Shown here piece by piece: positions 36,729 to 49,428 of a DNA stretch of 64,000 nucleotides. The translations under genes and the position numbers were made by a program. Under the pieces are notes generated by a model that had not been told where the DNA came from, made no database searches, and worked only from the letters and a program-made list of their open reading frames with translations. Positions within the stretch are counted from its first letter, which is position 1, and every line of letters begins with the position of its first letter. Source of the stretch: Lepidodermella squamata (Eukaryota > Animalia > Gastrotricha). The DNA is taken from positions 2,790,001-2,854,000 of the forward strand of contig JBLDXI010000017.1 in assembly GCA_047495785.1 (NCBI GenBank). The letters are read 5' to 3'.

Positions 36729-36920
36729 TCTACTTGTTGCCAGCTTAGGGCGCTTAGGATAGTAGTTATGAAATCGATCCAAGTCATCATGGGGCCGGAC
36801 TTTTAGTTAAGGACGCTTGTTGTACCTCATTAAATATTTGTTTAAAAGTAGTTTTATAAAAATTATTATTGATAAAACATTATTAAAATCAAGACAAAGG
36901 TCAAAACTAACGTTGACATC

Positions 36921-36936
36921 GGCGGGAATTTTTGAA
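36921..36936 (+). promoter_or_regulatory. CDE/E2F-CHR tandem element (DREAM/MuvB-type) in the CLHC1/MAD2 divergent interval
   Basis: GGCGGG-AATT-TTTGAA: GC-rich CDE/E2F site, 4-nt spacer, perfect CHR. Confidence 0.55.
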
Positions 36937-37601
36937 AAAATGGTGCTCGGACGCATGCGAGATTGTCGCAAGATGAAAGTCACCGACTCCGTGATATCCT
37001 GAGCACAGAGTGATCGGTTAGAGGCTATCTAAGCTGCTGTCGCATTACTAGAAATGCTGGAAATATCCCGTCATCATAATTCTTTGACCCGTCATCAGTC
37101 ATTTAACAATGCTTACGATGATACTACGACTTTGATTTCATAGTTGACTTCGTGGAGTGACGTGTCAATTGCAAACGAAGTGGTTGGAGAGACGATGTTC
37201 GAGCGCCATCGGCACGGATATACCTGCAGCGGGCTCTAAGGAGCGCACACGTGGCCCGCCGTCTAAGGCTCAGGAACGACCGTCAGAAATCATCCGCCTT
37301 TCCTCGCGTTGACTGCGGCTGTTTTGAGTGGGTAAAATCTGCCTCATTGGCTAAAGTTGCATTTGTTCTCCAGGTTTTCGCTTACCTGCATCAGGAGATC
37401 AGTAGCAAATTTAGCTATATGATTACAATCGAGAAGCAGCGAAATAGCTGCGCTTTGCGTCTATAATAGCCGTTGGTAAAATTGAAATAAGAGCGCCATG
37501 GCGTCAATTTCGGATGGCATCTTCGCTCACATCTCTTGCGCTGTAACTATAATGATTAATTTAATTTTAAGCTAGATACTCTTGTTTGCTTTGTATTGAA
37601 C

Positions 37602-38452
37602 ATGGCTACCGTGCTCAAGACTGCCACTCAAAAAGATATCACCCTCAAAGGATCGTGCGAAGTTGTCACTGAGTACCTGTGTAAGTTAAAAACCAAAGTT
37701 CGGTTCCATGCTAAATTTGTGTGCTAGTCTATGCCGTCAATTCGATTTTATATCAACGCTGCATTTACCCACCCGACTCGTTCCGGCAGGTTAAGCAATA
37801 CGGAATGCAGCTGTTCGTCACTGATTCAAACGGCGTAAAAGAATACTTGACTACTGTCAGTAATCAAATGAAAGGTACTGGTTCTGGTATAACTACCCTG
37901 AGTTTACTAATTTCTCACGCTATAAAGGTTGGATGCTTTCTGGCCTGGTTGAGCGAATCTCTTTGGAGATTCGAAGTGTCACGACGAAAGAGGTAGTCGA
38001 GAGGTGGCAGTTCAAAATTAATTCGGATGAACCGGCAAATGCTGAAAATAAGTATGTACTGAGAATTTTGAACAGTAGCATGTTTACATGAGAAATTTGC
38101 AGACCCCCTCAGCCACCCACGTCAAAGGACGAAGAAACCATTCGCAAAGGCATTCGTGCTGTTATGCTTCAAATCATAAGTTCGATCACCGTTTTGCCAT
38201 TAATCGATGAAAAATGTGAGTTGATTTTATTTAATAGCATATTCAGTGTGAACATTTCTCATCAAAATAGGCTCGTTTGATTTACTGGTTCATTTCAAAC
38301 CTGGCGCTCAGCTGCCTAAAGCCACTCCGGAGATGACTGAATGGGAAGACAAGGCACTTGGAACTATTGCAAACGCTCGCTTACTACCTTTCCAATCCTT
38401 CTCGACCGGCTTCCACACAGTCGAGTCCAGCGTTGCATACAAACAAGCATGA
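37602..38452 (+). CDS. MAD2L1: Spindle checkpoint HORMA protein MAD2, 5 exons
   Basis: ITLKGSCEVVTEYL|FYAVNSILYQRCIYPPDSF...ERWQF...LPLIDEK|CSFDLLV...EWED...SFSTGFHTVESSVAYK. Confidence 0.9.
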
Positions 38453-38625
38453 GTTTTCGGAGTGTTTGCTGATCAAAATGTGACTAAAATCATTTGCTAA
38501 GAAACTGCCCATGTCCGCAAAGTTTTAATTAAAATTATCTGTTAGATTAATTTCTCGAATTTTGATTGTTTCTAAAGAAGAATAAAGACAACGCATCTGA
38601 GGAAGCACGTGCATTTTATTAAATT

Positions 38626-41600
38626 TCAAGGCGTAATATTGTTTCTTCTCAAAAACGAATCATAAGCATTTTTATGTTCTGGATGAATAACGTCAGATAA
38701 AACCAATAGCTCTTTCGGGCACGATTTCAACAGAGGAGCGAACGTTTGACCAGATAGTTCTTTCAACAGATGCTGCATGGCACTGGGGTCGGTTTGACCG
38801 GAAACAGCTTTGCGGTAAATTAAAAACGGTTTGAACAATTTTTCTCGCTTGTCCTGGGGCATAGAGGCAGCCACGGCGCGAATCCGAGCTTCTTTGTCGT
38901 TTTGCTGAACAGGGGCAGCAGGCTGTTGAGATGGCTGAGCGGAAGGAGGAGATAACACTGCAAATTTCCGTTTTCGCTGGCTAGCCAAGTTTTGAGATGG
39001 ATTGGTTGGCGTCGCAACGCTCTTGTTAGCAGCAATGGCAGGAACTGGTTTCGAAATTGTCGTTGCAGCCTTAGGAACTTGACTGTTTTCCAAGCATGAG
39101 AAGACTGAATCTTCAGGTTCGGCCTGAGCTGTTGGGCCTGTGTTGCTCTTCACTTTGTTGCCGTAAATCGCCATTAACGTTGACGTGGATGCGCAGCACG
39201 GTGACGGTTTCTGAGAACATGGCAGTGACGGAGCTGGAGTGGAGCTCAAACCAGCAGAACGGGGAATTTGCGACAACGAATTTCCGATAAAAGCACTGCC
39301 CCGAACTTGGCTAGGCGAGTTCAGCACTTGTGTTGAAGACGCTATGCTCGAATTATTTTTCGTGAGCTCCTGAAGCCGTTGAGCAAGGGGGTCATGGTCA
39401 ATTTCCAACATGGCTAAGCGATAAAATTCTGACATATCTGATAGAAGCTTGCCGACTTTCTCCGCATACGGTACCAAAGAAGACTGAAGCCACATTGGCA
39501 GTTGAGTTCGAACGTTCGGAATGCCGAACCGGGAATCGGCCAAAACTACAAAACCGTAGTCCCATCGATGGCGGATGACGCGTCCGATAGCCTGATTAAC
39601 AGCCCGCATAGCCTCTTGCTCGTACCATTCACGGCCCGTCAGGCTCATTTTTTCACCCGATGGCAGTCGAGCGCCCTTACGATTGAGATCATCAAGAAAT
39701 GCCATTTTGAGCTAAAGAGAGAAAATTTTACTTCATGTTATAGAATAGTTTGATAGTATTTACCACAACACGAGGGTCGAAAAACGGTGGATACGGTAAT
39801 CCAACAATGACAACGAGGCGGGATTGATAATCACTGAAGTCGATACCTTCGCTGGCTTTGCCGCGACACACGGCCATCAAAATAGCACCACCCCGCTCCT
39901 TGATTGTTGTATCGTACTCTTCATACGTTTTCGAGAAAGCAGTTTTTCCTCGAGGCTCGACAATAATTCGGCGAATGTCGTTGAGCGAAGTATAGACAGG
40001 TGTTAATCCTGGCTTCGAATTGCGTTGCCACGCAGCTACGCACGAGTCAAGAAGCGTATAGGACGGGAAGAATACTAGTATTCCTCCAGAAACTCGACGA
40101 GCCATGTTTATCAGCAGCATTCCAAGTGACTGAACGTAATCAGGAGAATCTCTGATGCGCAGGTAAAATTATACCCTCGGGAACGTTACCAATAAAATAA
40201 ATTCGTACCTGCATTGGTAAGTTGATTTCAGCTCAGTTCCATCCGGACCTTTGTCGATTATCGCGACGTGGCATTGCTTCGCAGAAATGACGTGTTTGTT
40301 TTGGAAAACGACTTCGAATGGGATCCCTAGTTCGACTGCTAAACTTTTCAGGGGGCTTAGGGTTCCACTGGTTAGAATAACGGAACGAACACCAAGCGAG
40401 GGCAAATCACGCATGGCATGGCTAGCGCTAAGGCACCAATAACTCAAGCAGCGACCCTTCGAAATCCGGAAATGAAATAATTACATGCATTCACGTAAAT
40501 CTATACCTTGCTTTTCGCCTTGGATGCTGAGGCGCTTTCCCAGTCAGCCCCAGCGTTCCCTTGATCTTTTCCCTTCGGTTTCGGATCCACTTCAGCAATG
40601 TGCATCTAAAATCGAGTAATTCAACAATTTGAATGCTTAAATTTTAGTTACTTTGAATTCTTTTGAGTTTTCTTTCTCAAGGCGAGCTTCAGTGTCTCGA
40701 TCCATATGAAAGTTTCCGTCGAAATCGGTCGCGAAAATAACAGTTAGGCAATCCTAGAATAATTGCGATGAGGTATTGAAAACAAAGATCAAATCACGCC
40801 AAACTTACATTTATATGCGTGAGCGACGCGCCTCGTGATCGAAAGAGAGCGGATTGGCTCTGCGAGGCGTCTTTATTCAAGAATTCCACGGCACTCATAA
40901 GCATTGCAATGTAACGATTGGAACTCGAGAATGTGATGCCAGCTTCGCGAAAAATGTTGTATATTTCGCTGAATTAAAATTGTATCAATAAAATGCTCGC
41001 AACTTGGAGCAGAAGCTTACCATCCATCAAATGATTTCTGCTTGACGCCCTTACCGCCGCCAAACTGCGTAGTTTCTGGTAGCGGAACGTTGTCGAGAGC
41101 TTCTTCCAAGTCAAGCAGAACCTCTGGAACATATTTAACATGATAATCAGCCAGAAAGGTATTCAAATAACTTTTTAGTTCCATGGCTTCCTGGAAATTT
41201 ATTTGAGGAGCTTCTTCCTTGTTGCCCTGACCGCCTTTGCCTTTGGGAGCCGTGTTCCAGATTGCATCTTCGTCTGCGCGAGCCTCTTCTTCAGACTTGT
41301 CAGCCGTAGCCAAAAGTTTACCGACTTGAGTAAGCTCATCGATTGCCAAGGCTATTTCGGCTGAAGTTAGCTCCATGCTAGAGGCATCTTCGCAAACCCG
41401 GTGCTAAAATAAAAGACCTGAAAATATATTTCAGTGATCACACTCTTCCAACTTACGACGTTATGAGCCTCGTCAAAAATCACGATAGCATTCTTCAAAT
41501 CAATGTTGTTCGCCTTTCGCATCTTGAAACGATAAGCCACAAAGACTGAATGTCAAAATTTATAACATAAGCTTTAAGTCTCACCGATTTTGTGAGAACG

Positions 41601-42418
41601 TAGTTATATGGCATGAAAACGATGTCGTAGTCAGGAGTGAGCTTTTTCGACATGTAATAGGGACAAAATGAATGTTTTGTCCCAATCTTGACTAAGTCTT
41701 CGATGTCAAGACAAAGCTCTTGTCGGGCTACAGCCTCTGTCTTGTCGATGTTGTTATGAAAGTAGCATGCCCTGGCTGACACTTTTGCTTTGCACATATG
41801 CACCTTAAAGGATTTAAATTCATGAGGCTTTTAAAAGCAAAGTAGTAAGCGATTCGCCTTACTCGAACAGATGAGTTGCTTTCTTTCAGCACTGAAGTGT
41901 TCAAGCACAAGTGATCTCTTGCCCCCAGAGCAATCGCTCGGAATCGGGCAGAGTATGCAGTGCGGCGAAACTCTCGCATAGCTTGCATCAGCTGAGAATG
42001 CGTACGAGACGTGTAGATAATTTGGCATCTATGTCCGACTAAAAACGAAACAACAGCATTGATTAAATTACACACATCATTCGAACAGTACCCATGTCAA
42101 ACGCGTCGCCGCTACTCATTGTCATTTGGGGTAGAGAGTTCGGCATTCCGATACCCATCGACATCTTTGAATCTCGATCATATTGCAGCCATGCGAGGGA
42201 AGCGCAAAGCAAGTTCAATGTTTTTCCAGTGCCGGTTGGACTCTCAAGAATGCCATTGGTTTTCTAGCAAGCATTATTACACACTAATTTTGAGCAGATA
42301 CAAACTAAAAACTTACTCCCTTCAAACATTCTATGACCTTCTCCATATACGCAACCTGGCACTGATAGGGTTCGAACGGAAACTCGACATCAACATTTGA
42401 AACATTTAAAAGCGGCAT
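38626..42418 (-). CDS. RTEL1: Regulator of telomere elongation helicase 1 (Fe-S, XPD family), multi-exon
   Basis: [47 protein letters not shown], four Fe-S cysteines, [51 protein letters not shown]-terminal harmonin-N-like helix bundle. Confidence 0.93.
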
Positions 42419-42765
42419 CCTAGATTGTAAACAAAGACGGATAATAAAAGCATGACCAAGATGGGAATTGTATCATTTGTTATGGCGATTGACAGATATC
42501 TCACTGGAAACTTGCAACTTTTCCATAGAGCCATTCATCTATACTATGTTGCTCAGTTATCAAATGGAATAGTTTTTGAAAGCTGTTCTCGGCATTTTAC
42601 AATAACCACGCCCACCTCCCACGGATTCGTTTAGCCTGCCCTCATACCTTGGGGACCTCGGATCCCCAAGGATGCAAATTAAATCATTGGACAGAGAAAA
42701 GCACTAGTGTCGAAGGCAATTTTCCAATCGTTTAAGGTTTAAGACGGAGACAGTTTCGAATTTGA

Positions 42766-42880
42766 GCGCCAAATTACAAATTTTTGTCTTGACATTTTTA
42801 ATTATAAAATGTATTACAAAAAATAAAAAGATGAATATCATTATACTTTTGATTATTATTTTGCGTTTCCACATAGCAAC
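42766..42880. promoter_or_regulatory. Bidirectional RTEL1/SPAG16 promoter with an E2F-like site and an X-box-like (RFX) site
   Basis: GCGCCAAA at 42766-42773; GTTTCCACATAGCAAC at 42865-42880 (good TAGCAAC half-site, spacer slightly long). Confidence 0.4.
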
Positions 42881-42958
42881 GCGTGGCCCTGGCTTGCCAC
42901 AGGGAGATGTTCGACAATCGGGTAGGTCTTGCCTGTAGGAAGCCAGGAATAAGCCGAA

Positions 42959-45064
42959 ATGGCTACCGAGAACACTTTCGGAGACTATGCTTATTACATA
43001 GAAAAGCATGAGATCGAACTAGATCACGAGGACGATTATAAGTACGAAGAGGTGCCGCTTGAGGACGATGCCTTTGCGCTCGACATCGAAGATGATCTGG
43101 AAGGCGCTTTGAAGGCAGTTAAAGAAGCGGAAGAAGAGGAAAAACTTGGCACCAAGAAAGAGGAGGAGCTGAAACCAAAGCTAAACTTCCGTCCTGAGAC
43201 CACCGATGACTACGTCCGCAACTTTTTGGCACGAATGCGAATGTACAAAACACTCGACTGCTTCCAGGTATCGTTGGTTTTTCTGATTATTTGTAAACAA
43301 ACTCAGTGCTGTTATTCCAGAATGAATGGTATGAAAAACAAGAAAAAGGTGAACTTAATCGCAGTGATGTTGGCCAAGTGCCTGATGTTTATCTGGAAAA
43401 TAAGAAGCTTCAGAAAGACGTCAGCAGATTTCTTGAGGAGACGGAGAATTGCAAAAAAGCAGCTCTTGCCGCTCGTGATCTTTGTGTGAAAATGCGCAAA
43501 GAGCGAGACTATCATCGGTTAGAACACAGAAGGCTTGCCAATGAAAAGAACAAGTTGATCAACGACATAAAGCGCCTGAAAGCGCATTATGCTCAGTATG
43601 AGCCAATGCTGGACCGCCTTAAGCAGAAATACGAATCAGCGATGAAAGAAAAGATTTTGACCAAAATTGATCGAGATCGAGCTCTTGGTGAGCTCACTGG
43701 CTTGAAAAGCACTCTTCGTCAGATGGAACAAGGGGCGAAAGGAGAGGCAATTACTTCGTCGTCTGCTGTGGCTGGATTCAAACCTATTCATGAGTGCCAG
43801 GTATATTTGTATGATTGCCATTTCAGCTTACATTATTCAACTATTTCTAGGTGGGGTATTCGATTCCCGTTAATGAAAGAATGATGGGTCCTACTCAGCA
43901 ATCCTTGGCCCGCCAGCGTGATCGTGTGGATAAAACCGATCTCGCGGATGTAAAAATCGCTCAGCAAAAAGGTCGTGGTAAATCGATGCCGAATGATTCT
44001 GAATGGCCAGTTGACACTCAAGTAAATCCGTACTTGGCACAGATCAAGGTAAATAATATATTAGCAGAATTAGCTCTGGTTCAACTGCAAATTTCAAATC
44101 ATAGGAATTGAAAACTAATCTACGGGGCGGTGGTATGCGTCTTGCGTCAACACTCGAACTTCACGAATTCCCTGTTGGTGGGCTAGCGGTGCATCCGACG
44201 AAAATGGTAGCTGCATCAGCCTCTGACGATTATACGTGGAAGCTATTCACTATACCCGCTGGCGAAGTTCTTATGATTGGCGAGGGCCATAAGCAATGGT
44301 TATCCGGAATCGATTTTCACCCAGATGGTAGCAAATTAGCCACTGGTTCTGGCGACAACACAGTTAGAGTGTGGAACTTCGACAAATCCGTTTGCGAACA
44401 AATGTTTGCAGAGCATCAAGCTCCCGTCTGGTCCGTCAACTACCATTGGTCTGGAAATTTCCTAGCCTCAGCATCCGATGATGAAACCGTGAAGATTTGG
44501 GATCTTGGAAGTTTGCGATGTCGACAAACTTTATATGGACACAAGAGCGCTGTCAACTCTGTTGAGTTCCTCGCTTATTCGAACACGATGCTCACGAGCT
44601 CTGCTGACATGACATTATCGCTATGGGATGCCAGAACTGGCCTATGTGCTCATTCATTTTTCGGCCACATGCACGCTGTCAACGCGGCAACGTTTAATCA
44701 ACAAGTAAATAATTACAATAACTATTAATTTCTCCCAAAATAACTTGTTTTCTTTTACAAGGGAACTTTGATTGCTTCGTGTGATAGCTTTGGCGATGTG
44801 AAAGTGTGGGATGTAAGGAAGCAAGTTGTGATCAACGCCTTCACAATCGGATCACACTCAGCTAATGATGTCACCTTCGACCCTACTGGAACCATTTTGG
44901 CTGTAGCAGCAAACGATGGTTCACTGAAAGTTTACGAACTACAATCTACAAGACTCAGTTCATTGGCTGGGCATCAGGATGCGGTGCAATCCGTGGTCTT
45001 CGATCGCCGCGGTCAATGTTTGCTATCGGGCGGCTCTGACGGAAGCGTTCGCATATGGACTTGA
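42959..45064 (+). CDS. SPAG16: Sperm-associated antigen 16 (PF20), axonemal central-pair WD40 protein, 5 exons
   Basis: PETTDDYVRNFLARMRMYKTLDCFQ|NEWYE, KMRKERDYHRLEHRR, IKRLKAHYAQYEP, 7 C-terminal WD40 repeats. Confidence 0.93.
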
Positions 45065-45217
45065 GGTGTTTATTTGCTGTCCTTTTGAAAAAAATGCCAA
45101 TTACTGTTTTATCACTTTAAGTTTCATTTAATAGTCTCTCAAATTCTTTAATTCACATGAATTTATTTCGACTGAGAAAATAAAATTGCCCAATGTTAAT
45201 AATGTTTACTTGTGATC

Positions 45218-48200
45218 TCAATCTATTTCCTCGTTGACCAAAATGTTCAGTTTTCGGGTAGATTCTCTGACTGCAGCATAGAGGACCTCCCTTCTCGGGT
45301 CGTAGTTGACAGGCCGGTTTTGGAAATGAGCACAAATCGCAGCTACACTGGAAACTAAACCTTCAACAGCCTCTTGGAGGTTCAGATGGTCGGATGAAGT
45401 GTTCCCTTTGACATTATATCTCTTTTCGTTAGTGGCCGCGGGCGCTGATTCGTTCCATCGAAGCTTTGGCTTTCGTACAGGGGTTGAATCGACTGATCGA
45501 GGTGGCTCCTTAACCGGCTGAGCACTTACTGATCTTGTTAACTGCGCATTGATTTTGTCGGTCTTGTGAGACTTTTCCGAGAAAAAAGACCCTGACATTA
45601 GGGGCATTATTGTTGACGAAGTTCTGATCGCAAAGTCTTTGCTTCGACGAGTGTCACTCGACTTGGGCCGGCTCTTTAGTTGTATTGATTTTCTGAAGAT
45701 ACTGTTCCTAGAAGAAGGCTGATATTCGAATTTCCACACGAAAATACAGCTGAAACAGAGAATGAATGGAAAAAAGAATTTAACAACAAAATTGATCCTA
45801 ACCTGTCTGCTGAAATGGTCAAAAAGTGATTTTCAGCCAAGAATCTCACTCCATTGACCGCATCACCATGGCCTGTTGTCGATGCGAAAATTTTCTCCCC
45901 AACACTCTCACTGGTTTTATCGTCAAGATTGCTCCAAGGGTGCGCGACAAGCGAAATGGTTTTGTCTGAGCAAATCGTTACTAAAAAGTCTCCCATACAA
46001 GGGTCGTGGTCAAATTTTTTGATCTGATGGCTGATCTTACTGCTAGCATTTGACCCTAAGAACGATTGGAGAATTTTACCGGTTTCGATTTCAATTACCC
46101 GAATTTTCCTGTCGTGACAGGCCACTGCTAGTAGCTCCTGCGCAGAGTCGAGCATGAGGTCATAAGGGCAACAGGTCAAGCTAACGCTTCGATAATTAGG
46201 CGTTCGAAATCGAACAGAGAGACCTGCTGCTCCTTGCAAGAACCCGAACTCAGCTTCGTGAAATTTCAGCTGCTTGTCTTGGGCCGCAGAGATCAGCCAA
46301 CAAGCATCTACGTCTCGATCTCGGCCGCTCTGCGCAAAGCGGAGTGCACTGATGGTGCTAGAGTGACGCGAATTCAGCACTTGCAATTCAGAGTAATTGT
46401 TCGATGCGTTCAAAATGATCACTCTTCGAAAATCAGAGCCACTCAACGCAAGAAGTTGAGGCACCTCTACACCATTTGAAGATTCAAGCTTTGAATATGT
46501 TATCACACTTATTTCCTTCGCGTCTTGTTGCGACTCGTGTACTACGGAGAAATCAGCCAAGCTGTAAACACGAAGGTAGCCATTACGACATCCAACAGCC
46601 AGTTCCTTCCCATTCGGCCGGAAAACCAATCGAGACGCGAGCCATTTAGAAGTGGAGCATGCGCCGTTGGGACAAAGCGGGAGGTTAGGTGGTAGGCTCG
46701 GTTGCTTGGATAAGGGCACAGGACTGGCATGTAATAGGCTGCGATTTTTCGACAGCCGTTGCTTTGCATCCGGCGCCTCGTTTTCGTTGTGCTTTCTTAG
46801 GTTTTCTTCTAGTTTCTTGTCACAGAGAGCAGTGATATCAGCGTCATCACAAAATACTGTTTTGATCAAAGTTTGAGTTTCACTTTGCCAAAAGCGGATC
46901 GTTCCGTCGTTCGAACAAGTTGCGACTACACCAGGCATTTCTGATCCATCGATTTTCGGGCAAACCTGCGAAAAACCAGCTTAATATAAGCTATTTAAAG
47001 CGTTTAGATATTACATCGATATCTGTGATGGATGCGGCATGGAAGATTTGATGGGACAGAAGACGATAATCACGGAGATTCCAAACATAGATTGAATGGT
47101 TCGAGTAGCAGACCGCTAATGAATCACGAGTAAGAAAAGCCAAGGCTACAGCATCTGGGTATCGCTTTTTAGAGCTGCTGCCCGATTCCGGGTCTTCTTT
47201 TGTTTGGTTTCCAAGTTCATGGGGTATGAGATCCGGTTGCTCGAAGTAATTCAGGGATTCTGGGTCGAAAATTTTGACCGACCCGTTCGAACAAGCAGCG
47301 AATAACTTCCCATCAGTAGAATTAATGGTGAGGTCGAAAATCATTTTTGTCTCGTCTATTCTTCTTTCCGAAGATTCGATAAGTCGCCATCGAACAAGTC
47401 CAGGAGAAGCCGGTGGAGATAAACCGCCATTACCGCCGTCGTTTTGTGTTAGCCTTATTTGCCATAAAGCTCGTGCCGTAGCTGCTATTATCAGCTCATT
47501 ACTTACATGAGCCACAGCCGTAAAATCCTTGGTTGATATTGATCCTACCATTAAATTTATGTAGCAATCTATTTTTTTTCCGGGAAGCTGCGTTACCTAT
47601 CGGCGCTAGTGCTTCAAGGATCAAAGTGTTTTCTCGCGAATTTTCATATATCTGCCAGATTCGGGCAAATCGAACGCCAACTGTTATGAAATGGTTCGAA
47701 TCTGGCGAGAATGATATACCATTTATCTGGATTTCAACAATAATAAAATTGATATTTTGCGAACTAATATCAGAGTAACCTTTGAGGCTGTTTTTCCTGG
47801 AAAATGCTTCTTTTTCTGCTCAAGGTCCCATATAATAATAGACTGATCATTTTGATTGCCAACAGATACAAGATACTTTCCATTTGGAGAAAATGCCTGA
47901 GGAATAAATTCAAGGTGTTGAAAATGAAAATGTAAAAGTGTCTAACCAGAAGGGGAATGGCGAATTTATGTTCCGCGAATACAGCCAGCTCTACTTGAGT
48001 CGAAACATCCCAAACTCTAACAGCAGGATCGAGGCCACCCTGAAAACGATACGATTGGTTTTTTCATGACGCGAAAATAATCAATAGGAATACGGAGTAC
48101 CTCTCCTGCTGCGATCAATTGACCGGTCGATGAGAAAGCTAAAGAGATAATTTCGTTCCTTGAAGAACTGATAATATGATGCCGTTGTTGCAAGGTTGAA

Positions 48201-48505
48201 TCAGTTATGACTATGGTACACCCAGCAGTATACGCTAGCAATCCAGAATCCCGATGGCTAGCAAAAGCGGAGCCAACAGGAATAGTCAGGCCGAGTACAT
48301 GTTCCAATTTTACAGATCCTCCATCACTTCGGCTATTTGACATTTTCGAAAAGAATGCCGAATCAACGCGACGCGGGGCAGTCAAATCCAAGGGGCTGCG
48401 CTGAGGGAAGGATTCGCTGGCAGACGATGAGCTGTCTGAGCGAAAAGAAGGATCTATAGCCGATCGTGGCCTTAGAAGAGGCGGTGTTGATGGTTGTTGG
48501 TGCAT
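45218..48505 (-). CDS. MAPKBP1/WDR62-family WD40 protein, divergent paralogue X (short tail)
   Basis: VKLEHVLGLT...GLLAYTAGC, YPDAVAL, YSNHSIYVW, TCSNDGTIRFW, VACHDRKIRV, CSDKTISL, TGHGDAVNGVRF, ISAD|SCIFVW. Confidence 0.85.
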
Positions 48506-49428
48506 CCTTGTATCAATGTAGTGCGGCCGAGGGGTAGTTAATAATTAATGGTTCCATAGCACCATTAATGAGAAAGTAGACCTACTATTTTGTTTATTTA
48601 TACTTGAGCAAAGGCCTTTTCAACTCACCCAATTTTCAAAACATATAGCTCTGTAATTAATAAGAATAGGAATTTCTATTACCCGGCTTTCTTTGCGGAG
48701 TTTTTATTCTGATGGTGTCATATTTTAATGTTCGACTTGTTCATACAGCGCGGCACCTCTCAAGAGATGTTGAAAAAAGCGCGAGAACACACAGCCGCAG
48801 ATCAAAGAGGATTTTTTTACGCGATCAGATCATCAATTTCTCTGTGGCAATCTCCCAGGACTGAAAAACGCAATGTTTTGTCTACCAGGCCGACCAGGAT
48901 GCAATGCGTTAGTGCAATAATTGTGAATGACAAAGTTTCAAAAAAGTTTCTGATTTATTTTCAAATTTGTATCTTTGTATAACACAGTAGTAATAGTAGA
49001 CAAAAGACGGTACTTTCGATCAAACGGCGTCTCTAACAAATGCCTAAAATACAACTCAATTTGACAAAACTAGACAAATGATTTGAGTGACCAAGAAAAA
49101 TACGATGTTGTCATGGCAGTGACAGCTTTATACCGGATAGAATTAAACCAAGCCAACTAAGGCTTAAATGATTGAAAGCAAATAATTAATAAAATCACTC
49201 CTACGGCAGTTTCATGCAACAACTTCACAAAATAATAACCGGTATCCTTATATTGAATCGGGTAGAATATATTTCTAGAAAGAGGTTCAACAGCAGTGAT
49301 GAGGCAGACATCGACAATCATGATGTGGGGAAAACGTTTCACCAACCGGGATTATTATTTTCTTCAGCTTTCTTCGCATCTCAAAAGAAAGCAAACGGCG
49401 AAATTTTAGTAGATGACCTTCATCGCTT

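Noticed and set aside
37065-37100. Twin TGATGACGGG (C-box-like) on the minus strand between CLHC1 and MAD2
   Set aside because: No properly placed CTGA D box or terminal stem.
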